From an uncultured Solirubrobacterales bacterium (GTDB lineage Bacteria > Actinomycetota > Thermoleophilia > Solirubrobacterales > Solirubrobacteraceae): a stretch of 64,000 nucleotides of DNA. The translations under genes were made by a program, and so were the position numbers. Below are positions 1 through 9,726 of the stretch, piece by piece (within the stretch, counting starts at the first letter, position 1; each line of letters begins with the position of its first letter). Location: positions 14,950 to 78,949 of the forward strand of contig CAVYWG010000014.1 of the NCBI GenBank assembly GCA_963772075.1, in the 5' to 3' direction. Below the pieces are notes generated by a model. It had not been told where the DNA came from. It worked only from the letters and a program-made list of their open reading frames with translations, and searched no databases.

Positions 1-1
1 C

Positions 2-322
2 GTCGATCTTGACGCGGAGGTTGCGTCGATCTTGCGCTCGCACGCCGCCGAGGCGCACGTCAGCGAGGGCGAGATCGTTGATCGTGCTATCCGCGCGTAT
101 GACCTGCGCTCGCTGGTAGCCCGCATCCGCTCGCGCAGCGATCTGCCTGGCCCTCACCGGGCCGTGTGCCGTGATCCCCGCGACGACTATCTCATCGCGC
201 TCGCTGAGGCCAGTGGAGCTGAGGCGATCATCAGCGGGGACCTCGACCTGCTTGCCATTGATCCAGCTCGGATCGCCGTCGAGGTCGTCACGCCGCGGCA
301 GTTCGCCGACCAGCTGGGCTAG
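2..322 (+). pseudogene. Apparent antitoxin(RHH-like)-PIN toxin fusion remnant, open at window edge
   Basis: Frame open from base 2. The N-part (VDLDAEVASILRSHAAEAHVSEGEIVDRAIRAYDLRSL) looks like a ribbon-helix-helix antitoxin. The C-part (VCRDPRDDYLIALAEASGAEAIISGDLDLL...VVTPRQF) is the typical C-terminal half of a PIN-family toxin, and the PIN N-terminal DTN motif is absent. Confidence 0.6.
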
Positions 323-792
323 TCAGCAGCATTGTACGGCGTTCGCTATGGCATACACCGGGTTTCGGCGGACGCGAGGCCCGGCATGAGTGCGGTCTGG
401 ACCCCCGCAAATCCCCCCACAGAAGCCCCAATCCCCTGTATTCAAGCCAACTCTAACCGTTCGCCCCGATTTTAAAACCCCTGCAAATCGGTCAGGGTGA
501 CGGTGACTGCGACCACCCAGATCATCAGCGCCAGGATCGGCACGAACGCGATCGAAGCGAGCAGCACAATCGCCGCGGCAATGCTGAAGCGCGACAAGCT
601 GACGCCGAAGAGTCCGGCGCGGTGTGCTTGGTCACGCTAGGCTCTCGCCGGCGTGTTGTCGTCGGCCTGCCGGACGATCCGGGGTGGCCGCGATGATGAT
701 CTCGATCGGCATCCGGGTCATCCGCGAGGATGACGGCGGGCTCCTGTTTTTGGGTTGCCCGTACGGCGCTGTTGCGTTACCGTCGAGGCGCA

Positions 793-1677
793 ATGGCGTC
801 TAGTGCGCAACAGCGTCCGGTGCGGCCCGTGCGGTCTGGGGCTGGCGTCTTCGCGTCGTTGCTGGGGCTTGCCGCGCTCGCCTGGCTGTTGACGCGCGAA
901 CGGATGGTCGGCATGGATGCCGGTCCCGGGACCGACCCTGGGGGTGTCGGCTTCTACGTCGTGTCATGGGTCGTGATGATGGGCGCGATGATGTTTCCCT
1001 CGATCGTGCCGATGGCGGTCGCGTTCGGGTCCGTCCAGCGTCGCAGGGAAGGCCGCGGCTCGGTGGGTCACGCCGTCTCCTCGTGGATGTTCCTCGGCGG
1101 ATATCTTCTGACATGGACAGCGTTTGGGCTGCTGGCATACGGCCTCTACGTGGGCGTGCGCTCGCTCTCGATCCCGGCGCTGTCGTGGCATCGCGGCGGG
1201 CCCTATCTCGCGGGCGGAGTGCTGCTCGTGGCCGCGATGTATCAGCTCACGCCGACAAAGAATGCCTGCCTGCGACGTTGCCGTTCGCCGCTTGACTTCG
1301 TGCTCGCCCATTGGCGTGACGGGCCCGTGGGAGCGCTGCGGCTGGGTGTCGTGCACGGAGCGTGGTGCGTCGGCTGCTGCTGGGGGTTGATGGCCGCGCT
1401 GTTCGCTCTCGGGGTGATGAGCCTGACGTGGATGCTCGCGATTGCCGGCTTGATCGCAATCGAGAAGCTGCTCCCCTTCAGGGAGCTCGCCAATCGCTTG
1501 GTGGCCGTTACGCTCCTCGCGCTCGCGTTGGGGGTGTCGCTTGTGCCACAGCACGTCCCGGGCCTTACGCTGCCCGACTCCTCGCAAGCCAAAGCGGCAA
1601 TGCACACGATGTCGGGGATGCACCCCGGCGGCGTAGCCATGCCGAGTCGTGGAATGGCGCCGATGAAGGGGAAGTGA
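793..1677 (+). CDS. DUF2182 family predicted metal-binding integral membrane protein
   Basis: Multiple TM helices. Motifs WVVMMGAMMFPS, YQLTPTKNACLRRCRSP and G..CVGCCWGLM are characteristic of DUF2182. Met/His-rich tail. ATG 793 preferred over 730. Confidence 0.9.
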   Translation: MASSAQQRPVRPVRSGAGVFASLLGLAALAWLLTRERMVGMDAGPGTDPGGVGFYVVSWVVMMGAMMFPSIVPMAVAFGSVQRRREGRGSVGHAVSSWMFLGGYLLTWTAFGLLAYGLYVGVRSLSIPALSWHRGGPYLAGGVLLVAAMYQLTPTKNACLRRCRSPLDFVLAHWRDGPVGALRLGVVHGAWCVGCCWGLMAALFALGVMSLTWMLAIAGLIAIEKLLPFRELANRLVAVTLLALALGVSLVPQHVPGLTLPDSSQAKAAMHTMSGMHPGGVAMPSRGMAPMKGK

Positions 1678-1752
1678 AGCCGCTTATGACGAGGTGCGCG
1701 TCTGAGGTATGGTCGGGCCGGGTATAGCTTTCTCAGGGAGAAACGAGACATC

Positions 1753-2284
1753 ATGGGAGTCATGGCCGAACACAGGATCGGGACGCGCGAGGAGTACGAC
1801 GCCGCGCGGGACGATCTGCTGAGGGAGGAGAAGGAGCTGACGCGGCGCAGCGACGAGCTGGCCAGGAAGAGGCGCGAGCTGCCATGGGTTCCGGTCGAGC
1901 ATGAGTACAGCTTCGAGACCGAGGACGGCACGAAGACCCTCGCCGATCTCTTCGACGGCCGCTCCCAACTGCTCGTCTATCGCTTCGTGTTCGGGCCGCC
2001 CTACGAGGTTGGCTGCCCGGTCTGCTCTTCGATCGCGGATACGCTCGATCCGCAGGTAGTTCACCTGAAGGCCCGGGACTCCACGTTGCTGCTCGCCTCC
2101 CGCGCGCCGTCCGGGTCTGAGCGTGTATGCGCTCTCGGACGGGATCGTCTACCGGACCTACGTGAGCACCCGCCGCGGACTGGAGCCCGCGATGGCCTAC
2201 TACGGCCTGCTGGACCGGACGCCGAAGGGTCGCGACGAGAGCGCTTCGGAGCCGTTGTGGATCCGCCGACACGACGAGTACTAG
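1753..2284 (+). pseudogene. DUF899 (thioredoxin-like) family protein with internal deletion and frameshift
   Basis: The N-half (HRIGTREEY...RRELPWV..EY.F...LADLFDGRSQL...CPVCS...LASRAP) is followed at ~2110 by a jump into another frame encoding the family C-terminus (PGLSVYALSDGIVYRTYVSTRRGLEPAMAYYGLLDRTPKGRDE...WIRRHDEY*, stop 2282-2284). The central part present in the neighbouring paralogue is missing. Confidence 0.8.
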
Positions 2285-2308
2285 AACAAATAGATAAGGG
2301 GGAACAAA

Positions 2309-3067
2309 ATGGCTGAGCACACGATCGGAACGCGGGAGGAATGGCAGGCGGCCCGGGACGAGCTCTCGAAGCTCGAGGCCGAGCAGGCAGACCGAAACAA
2401 GAAGATCAAGGAGAAGCGACGGGCGTTGCCCTGGGTCCGGGTGGAGAAGGAATACGAGTTCGACACCGAGGACGGGAAGAAGACGCTGGCTGAGCTCTTC
2501 GACGGCCGCTCCCAGCTCCTCGCCTACAACATCATGTTCGGCCCCGACTATGCCAAGGGCGCGTGTCCCGGGTGCACGTCCCTCGGTGACGGCCTCGACG
2601 GGTCGCTCGTCCACCTGAGCCACCGCGACGTGACCCTGCTGTGCTTCTCGCGGGCGCCGATCGAGCGGCTCACGGCCTACAAGGAGCGGATGGGCTGGGT
2701 GTTTCCCTATGTGTCGACCTACAACACCGAGTTCCCGTTCGACTTCGGGCTCGCGCTGAGCGAGGAGCAGGCGCAGCAGATCCCCGAGATCAAGGAGATG
2801 GTCGAGGATCCGCCCGATTGGCTGGTGGAGTGGTCGCACCAGATCGGCGGCGAGCTGAAGGACGGGCTGCGCGAGGCCCCCGCCTGGATCGCCTTCGCGC
2901 GCGAGAACGGGACCGTCTACCACACCTACACGGTGCGGGCGCCCGATCCGTTCGTCGCGCCCTACTTCAACTTTCTGCTCGACCGCACACCCAAGCCTCA
3001 GCCCGAGGAGCCTCGCAGCCTCCGCAAGGACGAATATCCGGACGCCATCGTCACCCGCCCCGGCTAG
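2309..3067 (+). CDS. DUF899 family protein (thioredoxin-like)
   Basis: GTREEW, LPWVRVEKEYEFDTEDG, LFDGRSQL, CPGCT, SRAPIERL.AYKERMGW, LLDRTPK motifs; RBS-like GGGGGA upstream. Confidence 0.92.
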   Translation: MAEHTIGTREEWQAARDELSKLEAEQADRNKKIKEKRRALPWVRVEKEYEFDTEDGKKTLAELFDGRSQLLAYNIMFGPDYAKGACPGCTSLGDGLDGSLVHLSHRDVTLLCFSRAPIERLTAYKERMGWVFPYVSTYNTEFPFDFGLALSEEQAQQIPEIKEMVEDPPDWLVEWSHQIGGELKDGLREAPAWIAFARENGTVYHTYTVRAPDPFVAPYFNFLLDRTPKPQPEEPRSLRKDEYPDAIVTRPG

Positions 3068-3544
3068 ACGGGCGGGTCGGTCGAGGGAGAGCCGTAGCGC
3101 TCGCGCAGCCAGGCCTCCGCCTCTGAGATCAGATAGCGGCTCATGCCGCCAGTGGATATACGAGGGAGGCCGAGTGGCTGCTGGTGCTCGATCCAGCGTG
3201 GCGTCACGCTCAGGTGGTTGGCAGGCTGTCGCTTGGTCACCCAGGGCTCGGGCGGTTTCGCCGCTATTTCATACGACAGGCGGTTTGTGCTTGGGCGCGC
3301 CGATTCGTGCGAGGAACTCCATCAGTTTCTGGTCCTGCAGGGTGATGCGTGGCAGCGCCTCGTAGTGGTGGGAGATGAATTCCGCTTCAGCGTTATTGGT
3401 GAGCCTGCTGTAGAAGTAGCATGCATTCTCCGTACTGCGCGGTGAGGCTTGCAGCCGTAGGAATAGGCCGGCAGCGAGGTACCGGTTGACCGCCGACGCG
3501 CCCCCGGCAAGCCAGATGTCTTGCCCTGGACGGCAAACGGGTGA

Positions 3545-3976
3545 TCAAGACGGTGGACGCCAACCTCTGGCGAGGGTCGTTTGACCCACCTCGATGATGT
3601 AGCCGTCGGGGTCGCGGATGTAGCAGCGGATCTCGGTCTCGTGTTGCTTGGGCGGCGTCAGGAATTGGGCGCCCCGCGCGCTCCACTCGGTGTACACCGC
3701 TTGGATGTCCGCAACCCGGATGTTGAGGAAGCTGCTTACCCGATCTGGGTCGGGCTGGCGCTCGAGTGTGACGGTCGGCTTGTCGTCGGTAGGCCCTCCT
3801 CCGACGTTGATGATGATCCAGCTGTTGGCGAGCGCGACGTACGTCACCTCGTCACCCGCCTCGCCGGAGATGACCGTCTTGCCGCCAAGTACGTCGGTGT
3901 AGAAGCGGCGGCAACGCTCGACATCGTCGGAAACGATGAAGTGCGCCACGACCATCTGCTCGTCGATCTCGCTCAT
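3545..3976 (-). CDS. VOC (glyoxalase/bleomycin-resistance) family protein
   Basis: HFIVSDDVERCRRFYTDVLG ... CYIRDPDGYIIEVGQ. Confidence 0.9.
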   Translation of the reverse strand: MSEIDEQMVVAHFIVSDDVERCRRFYTDVLGGKTVISGEAGDEVTYVALANSWIIINVGGGPTDDKPTVTLERQPDPDRVSSFLNIRVADIQAVYTEWSARGAQFLTPPKQHETEIRCYIRDPDGYIIEVGQTTLARGWRPPS

Positions 3977-4016
3977 GATGACCTCCGTCGTTGGAATTGA
4001 CTCAATAGCCGCGCCA

Positions 4017-4778
4017 TCAGTGTCCGGCGCTCTGGCCGCCGTCGATATGCAAGATCTCGCCGGTCACGAAAGGTGCCGACTCCAGATAAAGGACTCCACC
4101 GACCACATCCTCGATCTCGCCCACCCGGCCGATGGGGTGTAGCGCGTCCATCCCCGCATAGGAGCTCACGTTGTGACTCGGCGTTTTGATCACGCCCAAA
4201 GAGACGGCATTTACCCGTAGACCACGGGAGGCATACTCAATCGCAAGCGATTTGGTGACTGCAGCCAGGCCCCCCTTGGTCAGGGCGGGCAGAGCGGCGG
4301 GTCTGCTGCTGTCAGCCTGCTCGGCGAGCGTCGTCGAAACATTGACCACGTGCCCACAGCCCTGGTCGAGCATGTGTTTGATTGTGCGCGTCGTGATCTG
4401 AAAGAAGCCCGCGAGGTTGACGGCGACGAGAGCGTCGAAGTCATCAAGGGTGTAGTCCGTGAAGGGCTTGCCGATGTAGATCCCGGCGTTGTTGATCAGG
4501 GTGTCGATCCGGCCGAAGCACTCGATCGCCGCGCCCACGATGCGCTGTGCGGCATCAGGGTCGGCGATGTCGCCCTCGACGGCAACGATGCCAGAGTCCT
4601 CTGACGGCCCGATCGATCGAGCAGTCACGATCACGGCATACCCGCGCTCACGGTATGCCTTCGTGAGGCCCGCGCCGATCCCCTGCGAGGCGCCGGTAAT
4701 GATCGCGACCTTCCCGTTGCTGGGCTCGGGCGGAGAGTTCATTCGACGAGGTGGGTCTCTCATGGTCATGCTGCTCAT
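4017..4778 (-). CDS. SDR family NAD(P)-dependent oxidoreductase
   Basis: TGASQGIG Rossmann motif, NNAG, RVNAVSLG, GEILHIDGG. Catalytic Tyr position reads ALTK instead of YxxxK. Start could be 4778, 4763 or 4742. Confidence 0.88.
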   Translation of the reverse strand: MSSMTMRDPPRRMNSPPEPSNGKVAIITGASQGIGAGLTKAYRERGYAVIVTARSIGPSEDSGIVAVEGDIADPDAAQRIVGAAIECFGRIDTLINNAGIYIGKPFTDYTLDDFDALVAVNLAGFFQITTRTIKHMLDQGCGHVVNVSTTLAEQADSSRPAALPALTKGGLAAVTKSLAIEYASRGLRVNAVSLGVIKTPSHNVSSYAGMDALHPIGRVGEIEDVVGGVLYLESAPFVTGEILHIDGGQSAGH

Positions 4779-4956
4779 GTTGGCACCTGCAGGCCGGTTT
4801 CGGCTTCTGGCATCGCTCCAGGGTCATGCGGGTTCCTGGGTTGCCGTCACGGGTTCGCTTTTCAGCGTTGCCGGACTCGCCGCGCGCCGAGTGGGAGGGC
4901 TTGACTTCCGCTCGGATGAGAGGAAAGTGTGTGCGCAACCAACGGATGGAGGCGAC

Positions 4957-5064
4957 ATGAGCAGTCTCGAGGTGGGTAGCGAGAGCGCATTCTTGGCCTT
5001 CAGCGATCCAGATGGGAATGGCTGGCTGCTCCAGGAGATCACCACGCGGCTGCCGGGTCGCTGA
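4957..5064 (+). pseudogene. Collapsed VOC-family gene (N-terminal codons joined to C-terminus)
   Basis: GGAGG RBS + ATG 4957, then MSSLEVGSE-SAFLAFSDPDGNGWLLQEITTRLPGR*. FSDPDGNGWLLQE is a VOC C-terminal motif, and 35 aa is far too short for the fold. Confidence 0.65.
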
Positions 5065-5076
5065 GAGGAGAGACCG

Positions 5077-6447
5077 ATGGCCACGACATATGACGTGATT
5101 GTGCTCGGCGGCGGCTCGCCGGGCGAGCACTGTGCGAGCGCGCTGGCGGAGGGCGGTCTGCGGGTGGCGGTCGTGGAGCGTGAGCTCGTGGGAGGGGAGT
5201 GCTCCTACTGGGCTTGCATTCCCTCGAAGACGCTGCTGCGGCCGGGCGAGGCGGTCAATGGGGCGCGCGAGGCCGCCGCGACCGCGGAAGTGGATGTCGA
5301 GGCGGCGCTTGCCTGGCGTGACTGCATGGTCTCCGACTACTCCGACGCCGGCCAGGAGCGCTTCCTTGCCGATCACGGCATCGAGCTGCTGCGCGGCAGC
5401 GGGCGGCTCGCGGGCCCTGGGGTCGTAGAGGTCGACGGTGTGCGCCACACCACGGAGCACGTGGTTCTCGCGAACGGTGCCGATCCGGTCGTGCCGCCCG
5501 TGCCTGGCTTGCGCGAGCTCGACGGCGTTTGGACCAACCGCGAGGTGACGTCTATGAAGGCCATTCCGCGCCGTCTGCTGATCCTCGGTGGCGGGCCGGT
5601 AGGCGTGGAGATGGCGCAGGCCGTTAGGCGCCTTGGCGGCGAGGTGACCGTGATCGACATGGCCGAGCACGTGCTCGGGCGGGAGCCGGCGCCGCTCGGC
5701 GAGGCGCTCGGCGAGGTTCTGCGCAGTGAGGGCATCGAGCTCGTCCTGTCCGCCAACGCGAGCGCCGCACGACGCGAGGGCGAGGAGTACGTCGTCGAGA
5801 TCGACGACGGACGCGAGTTGCGCGGCGAGAAGCTGCTTGTCGCCACCGGCCGGCGTCCGCGGGTGCTCGGGCTCGGTCTGGAGACCGTCGGCGTCGAGGC
5901 CGACCCGCATGGAATTCCAGTCGACGCACACCTGCAGGCGGCGGCGAACGTGTGGGCGATTGGCGACGTGAACGGCCAGTGGCCGCTTACCCATGTCGGC
6001 AAGTACGAGGGCGAGGTGGTCGCCGCGAACATCCTCGGCGAGCCGCGACAGGCCAACTACGAGGCTGTTCCCCGGGTCGTCTACACCGACCCGCAAGCCG
6101 CGGCGGTGGGCGCCTCCGCCGGACGCTTCAGCGCCATGGTGCTGCTGTCGGAGGTGTCGAAGACCGCGACCTACACGCGCGAGTACGCCGCCAGCAATGG
6201 CTTCCTGACGTTACTCAGCGATGGCGAGCGGCTGACGGGCGCCTACGCGCTCGGCCCCGAGGCGGGCGAGTGGCTGCAGCAGGCGACGCTCGCGATTCGC
6301 GCTCACATCCCGCTCGACGTCCTCACCGACACGATCCAGCCATTCCCGACGTTCTCAGAGATCTACGTCGCCGCGCTGAAGACGCTCCGCGGGGAGATCG
6401 CGGCAACGTCCAAGACCGTCGGCGCGGGACCACCGATGGCGAGCTGA
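5077..6447 (+). CDS. Class I pyridine nucleotide-disulfide oxidoreductase (dihydrolipoamide dehydrogenase-like)
   Basis: GGGSPG FAD motif, [13 protein letters not shown] redox Cxxxx[12 protein letters not shown](P) motif, WAIGDV. C-terminal QPFPTFSE lacks the canonical His of HPT. Confidence 0.9.
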   Translation: MATTYDVIVLGGGSPGEHCASALAEGGLRVAVVERELVGGECSYWACIPSKTLLRPGEAVNGAREAAATAEVDVEAALAWRDCMVSDYSDAGQERFLADHGIELLRGSGRLAGPGVVEVDGVRHTTEHVVLANGADPVVPPVPGLRELDGVWTNREVTSMKAIPRRLLILGGGPVGVEMAQAVRRLGGEVTVIDMAEHVLGREPAPLGEALGEVLRSEGIELVLSANASAARREGEEYVVEIDDGRELRGEKLLVATGRRPRVLGLGLETVGVEADPHGIPVDAHLQAAANVWAIGDVNGQWPLTHVGKYEGEVVAANILGEPRQANYEAVPRVVYTDPQAAAVGASAGRFSAMVLLSEVSKTATYTREYAASNGFLTLLSDGERLTGAYALGPEAGEWLQQATLAIRAHIPLDVLTDTIQPFPTFSEIYVAALKTLRGEIAATSKTVGAGPPMAS

Positions 6448-6470
6448 CGGACTCGCTGCCGAACTGTTAT

Positions 6471-6935
6471 TCACTCGGGCTCCCCGGCGGCCGTACTCGA
6501 TAGCCACTGAGGCGGGGTCCAGTCCCCTTCGGGGTCCGTGGTTTGCCCCACCTCGATCAGATGACCGTCGGGATCGCGGATGTAGCAACGGATCTCGTAC
6601 TGGTGCTGCTTCGGCGGCGTCAGGAATTGAGCACCACGGGCGCTCCATTCGGCGTACACGGCCTCGATGTCCTTGACCCGGATATTGAGGAAGCTGCTCA
6701 CCGGGTCGAGGTCGCGTGGCGTCTCCAGAGTGACCGCGGGCTTGTCGTCGGTCGGGCCTCCGCCCCGATTGATGACGATCCAGCTGTTGGCGAGCGCGAC
6801 GTTGGTCGGTTCTCCGGAGCGTTCCAACGTGCCGCCGAGCACGTCGGTGTAAAAGCGCCGAGAACGCTCAACGTCGTCCGAGACGATGAAGTGGGTCAGC
6901 ATAATTCCCTCTGTGGGCGGTCCTGCTTCGGTCAT
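6471..6935 (-). CDS. VOC family protein (paralogue of 3545-3976)
   Basis: HFIVSDDVERSRRFYTDVLG ... CYIRDPDGHLIEVGQ; long near-identical stretches with the first copy; GGAGGTGG RBS before ATG 6935. Confidence 0.9.
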   Translation of the reverse strand: MTEAGPPTEGIMLTHFIVSDDVERSRRFYTDVLGGTLERSGEPTNVALANSWIVINRGGGPTDDKPAVTLETPRDLDPVSSFLNIRVKDIEAVYAEWSARGAQFLTPPKQHQYEIRCYIRDPDGHLIEVGQTTDPEGDWTPPQWLSSTAAGEPE

Positions 6936-7149
6936 CTGCCACCTCCACTTGTTGGGACTCATACCCCTCGCGGGTTGCAGCCGATATTGTGATGATCGGA
7001 GACTCTACCTCATTTTATGGTAGAGCTATAGGCCACCGCACTGCGGGCAGGGCACGCCGGATGGCGCTGGCTGGACACCGGGGTATGCTGGCCAATGCCC
7101 TGCCCGCTGCCTGGTGGTCGAAGGGCGACGATCGGGCAAGTGGTGCAGG

Positions 7150-7812
7150 CTAGATCATCTCGGCTTCTTCTTCGAGTTTGATAGTAACAGTGGCTGACGT
7201 GCCAGACTGCACGAAGCCTTCGCCACCGAAGTTGGATTCGAGCGTGAATCTCTCGATTTCTTTTTTCGTGTTTTCGAATTCGGTCGGGATCTGTTTGCCT
7301 TCTTTCTGTTCCGCAGAGAGCGTGAATTCGCTTTTGAGGTGTTCTTCCTGTGCGCTACCGATAGGAATCAGGAAGCCGCCCTTCACTTTTAGCTCGAGCG
7401 AGGAGCAGTGAATGATGACTTCTTTTAGTAAGAAGCTCGAGAGGACATGGTCGCCTTTGTCCGGTATTAACCACGAGATTTCCGTGGGTCCTAAGTCGAT
7501 CTGCGATTCTTTTCCTTCCCCGGTATGACAGGTCTGCCCGTCCGATTCACACCCGCTAAGCGTGAGGCTGGCTTCGGCGCCTTTTGTGCCGATGACTTTC
7601 CCTGAGCCCGACCCTTCTTTGCACGTGATTTTCAAGCCCGTGACAGTTTCGGATACCGATGCGCCAATTTTCACCGTAGCACCCGTTTTTATAAGGGCTT
7701 TGCCTTCTTTGTTGACGAGTTCCCCTTTTTTGATGGCAAATGCATTTGACGTCGTAAGTACGCCGAAGCAAAGCACCATGAGCATTGTAAAGACGAGCCT
7801 GATGTGTAGCAT
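7150..7812 (-). CDS. Secreted hypothetical protein, beta-rich, paired Cys, lower GC
   Basis: Signal peptide (MLHIRLVFTMLMVLCFGVLTTSNAFA), Lys/Glu/Thr-rich mature part with four Cys, AGGAG RBS, visibly more A/T-rich than the flanks. Confidence 0.75.
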   Translation of the reverse strand: MLHIRLVFTMLMVLCFGVLTTSNAFAIKKGELVNKEGKALIKTGATVKIGASVSETVTGLKITCKEGSGSGKVIGTKGAEASLTLSGCESDGQTCHTGEGKESQIDLGPTEISWLIPDKGDHVLSSFLLKEVIIHCSSLELKVKGGFLIPIGSAQEEHLKSEFTLSAEQKEGKQIPTEFENTKKEIERFTLESNFGGEGFVQSGTSATVTIKLEEEAEMI

Positions 7813-8137
7813 TATGTATCGCTCCTTTGTGTCGCGTGTTGGTTGTAATCCGTCGCCGTGCTGTGATGACCGAGGGTGTCGGTGCGAGATTTCTTATACA
7901 GCGTACGGATGTGCGAGTCTGCCGTAATGTATTCCGGCAGACGTTGCCTGACTGGCTGTCGGAATGGGCCGTAAATGACGCTATTCTGCGACATGTGATG
8001 GCTGGTCTGGTCGCAGATCATCGTTTCTGACTCCAGCTGGGACCTCTCTATGAAGAAGTGCTGGGCGTAATGAGGTGGCGTCCGCCTCCCGGTGGAGACC
8101 GAGGGAGCGTGTCCGGATCGTCGTGGAACTTTGAGAG

Positions 8138-8348
8138 CGCCCTGGCCTAACCCCCTGAGTTCGGTCCGGCCCTTGTGAGAGTTTCTCGCGCCCGCGATGT
8201 CGGGCGAGAAGGAACTCCACGATGAAGCGACGCAGGCACACGCCGGAGCAGATCATCCGCAAGCTGCGGGAGGCTGAGCGGTTGCTCGGGGAGGGCAAGA
8301 TGATCCCGGAGGTCGCCAAGACCCTGAGGTAAGCGAGCAGACCTTCGT
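8138..8348 (+). mobile_element. IS3-family insertion sequence remnant (left end + truncated orfA)
   Basis: ATG 8222: MKRRRHTPEQIIRKLREAERLLGEGKMIPEVAKTL, frameshift, then (E)VSEQTF - a typical IS3 OrfA HTH start. Probable left end CGCCCTGGCCTAACCCCCTGAG upstream. No orfB/DDE domain or right end. Confidence 0.8.
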
Positions 8349-8425
8349 AGTCGGTGCTCGCTTGCGACCTGAGGGCCGAGCGCTTGCTATGGTCGTCGCG
8401 TCCAGCCGAAGGAGACGTCCGTTAC

Positions 8426-9298
8426 ATGGGATCAGTTCGCCATCGCCGCCGCTCTTCGCCGAGCCCCGACCGCCGGGCCTCGGAGGACGGTCTGGTCCCG
8501 CTGATCGGTCGTTTCCTGCCCGTGCCGGTCGCGGCGAAGGTCCCGGAGGTCATCTTCCTCTTCTGGGTGGTGAAGATCCTGACAACCGCCGGCGGAGAGG
8601 CCACGTCGGATTACCTGAAGACGTACGGCAACTTCGGGGGCGGCGGTCTTGAGGTGCTCGTGATCGTTGTGGGGCTCCTGCTGCAGTTCGGCACTCGTCG
8701 CTATCGAGCGTTTGCTTACTGGTCCTTGGCCTTTGCGATCGCGATCACGGGGACCGGCGTCTCGGATTTCCTGCATCTCGATGTCCACATCCCCTATGCG
8801 GGGACGACCCTGCTGTGGGCGGCGGTTCTGGTCACGATCTTCTGGATTTGGCAGCGCAGCGAGGGTACGCTGTCGATCCACAGCATCTCCACGCAGCGAC
8901 GTGAGGCCTACTACTGGGCGACGGTGTTCGCGACCTTTGCGCTCGGGACCGCGCTTGGAGACTTCACCGCGATCTCGCTTCACCTCGGCTACCTGGACTC
9001 GGGCATCCTGTTCACGGTCATCATCCTGATTCCCGCTGTGGCGCATTGGCGGCTCGGCTTGGACGGTGTCGCCGCGTTCTGGATGTCCTACGTCGTCACG
9101 CGTCCGCTCGGAGCGTCCTTCGCCGACTACATCAGCAAGCCCAAGAACATCGGCGGGCTCAACTTCGGCGACGGTCCCACAGCGATCGTGTTCGCGCTCG
9201 CCGTGTTCGTTCTGGTCTCTTACCTCGCGATCGCCCGCCCGGACATCCAGAAGCTCGAAGTCCCCGCGAGGCAGATGGTCGGCACGCCGGCCGCCTGA
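8426..9298 (+). CDS. COG4705 family membrane protein (DUF347 repeats)
   Basis: KVPEVIFLFWVVKILTTAGGEATSDYL, REAYYWATVFATFALGTALGD and FWMSYVVTRPLGASFAD motifs; GAAGGAG RBS. Confidence 0.88.
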   Translation: MGSVRHRRRSSPSPDRRASEDGLVPLIGRFLPVPVAAKVPEVIFLFWVVKILTTAGGEATSDYLKTYGNFGGGGLEVLVIVVGLLLQFGTRRYRAFAYWSLAFAIAITGTGVSDFLHLDVHIPYAGTTLLWAAVLVTIFWIWQRSEGTLSIHSISTQRREAYYWATVFATFALGTALGDFTAISLHLGYLDSGILFTVIILIPAVAHWRLGLDGVAAFWMSYVVTRPLGASFADYISKPKNIGGLNFGDGPTAIVFALAVFVLVSYLAIARPDIQKLEVPARQMVGTPAA

Positions 9299-9474
9299 TG
9301 CGCCAGCGGCGGCATCGCCGGTGTCCTGTGCATAAATCTCGCGCACAGGGGCCACACCAGGGCTTCCCTAACCAAATGAGACACAGTCTCGTTCTCGTTT
9401 CAGTCAGACCTCCAAGCATGTGCGCAACACGGCGGCGGGGCTGATCGCAGGCAAATCTTGCGTACAATGTAGGC

Positions 9475-9726
9475 ATGCATAGAATCCAGTACACGATACG
9501 CCGCGTATCACCTGCCCTCGATGCCGAGCTTCGCCGAGAGGCGAGCGAGACCGGCCAGACCCTCAACGCCGTGGTGGTGCAGACGCTCGAGAACGCGAAG
9601 CTGCCCTCCACAGCCAGCGAACACGACGACCTCGACTGGTTCATTGGGCGCTTGCCGGTAGATGCCGGCGACGAAGCCGGCTCGCAAGCATGGCTCGACG
9701 CACTTCCGGTCGAGCCCGCCGCGTGA
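9475..9726 (+). CDS. Antitoxin (RHH/FitA-like) of VapBC pair
   Basis: Small protein (IQYTIRRVSPALDAELRREA...LNAVVVQTLE) with acidic tail. Stop overlaps toxin start (GTGA). TACAAT -10-like element just upstream. Confidence 0.75.
   Translation: MHRIQYTIRRVSPALDAELRREASETGQTLNAVVVQTLENAKLPSTASEHDDLDWFIGRLPVDAGDEAGSQAWLDALPVEPAA

Noticed and set aside
361-640. Possible tRNA or att site, and a short minus-strand hydrophobic ORF fragment
   Set aside because: No cloverleaf, T-loop or CCA on either strand and no integrase nearby. The hydrophobic fragment (~475-628) lacks a start and is too short to assign.
7003-7025. Inverted repeat CTCTACC-N9-GGTAGAG upstream of the second VOC gene
   Set aside because: Possible operator, but only a 7-bp arm and no cognate regulator nearby; insufficient support.
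8138-8348. Active IS3 element
   Set aside because: orfA is frameshifted and truncated; no orfB transposase or right inverted repeat.
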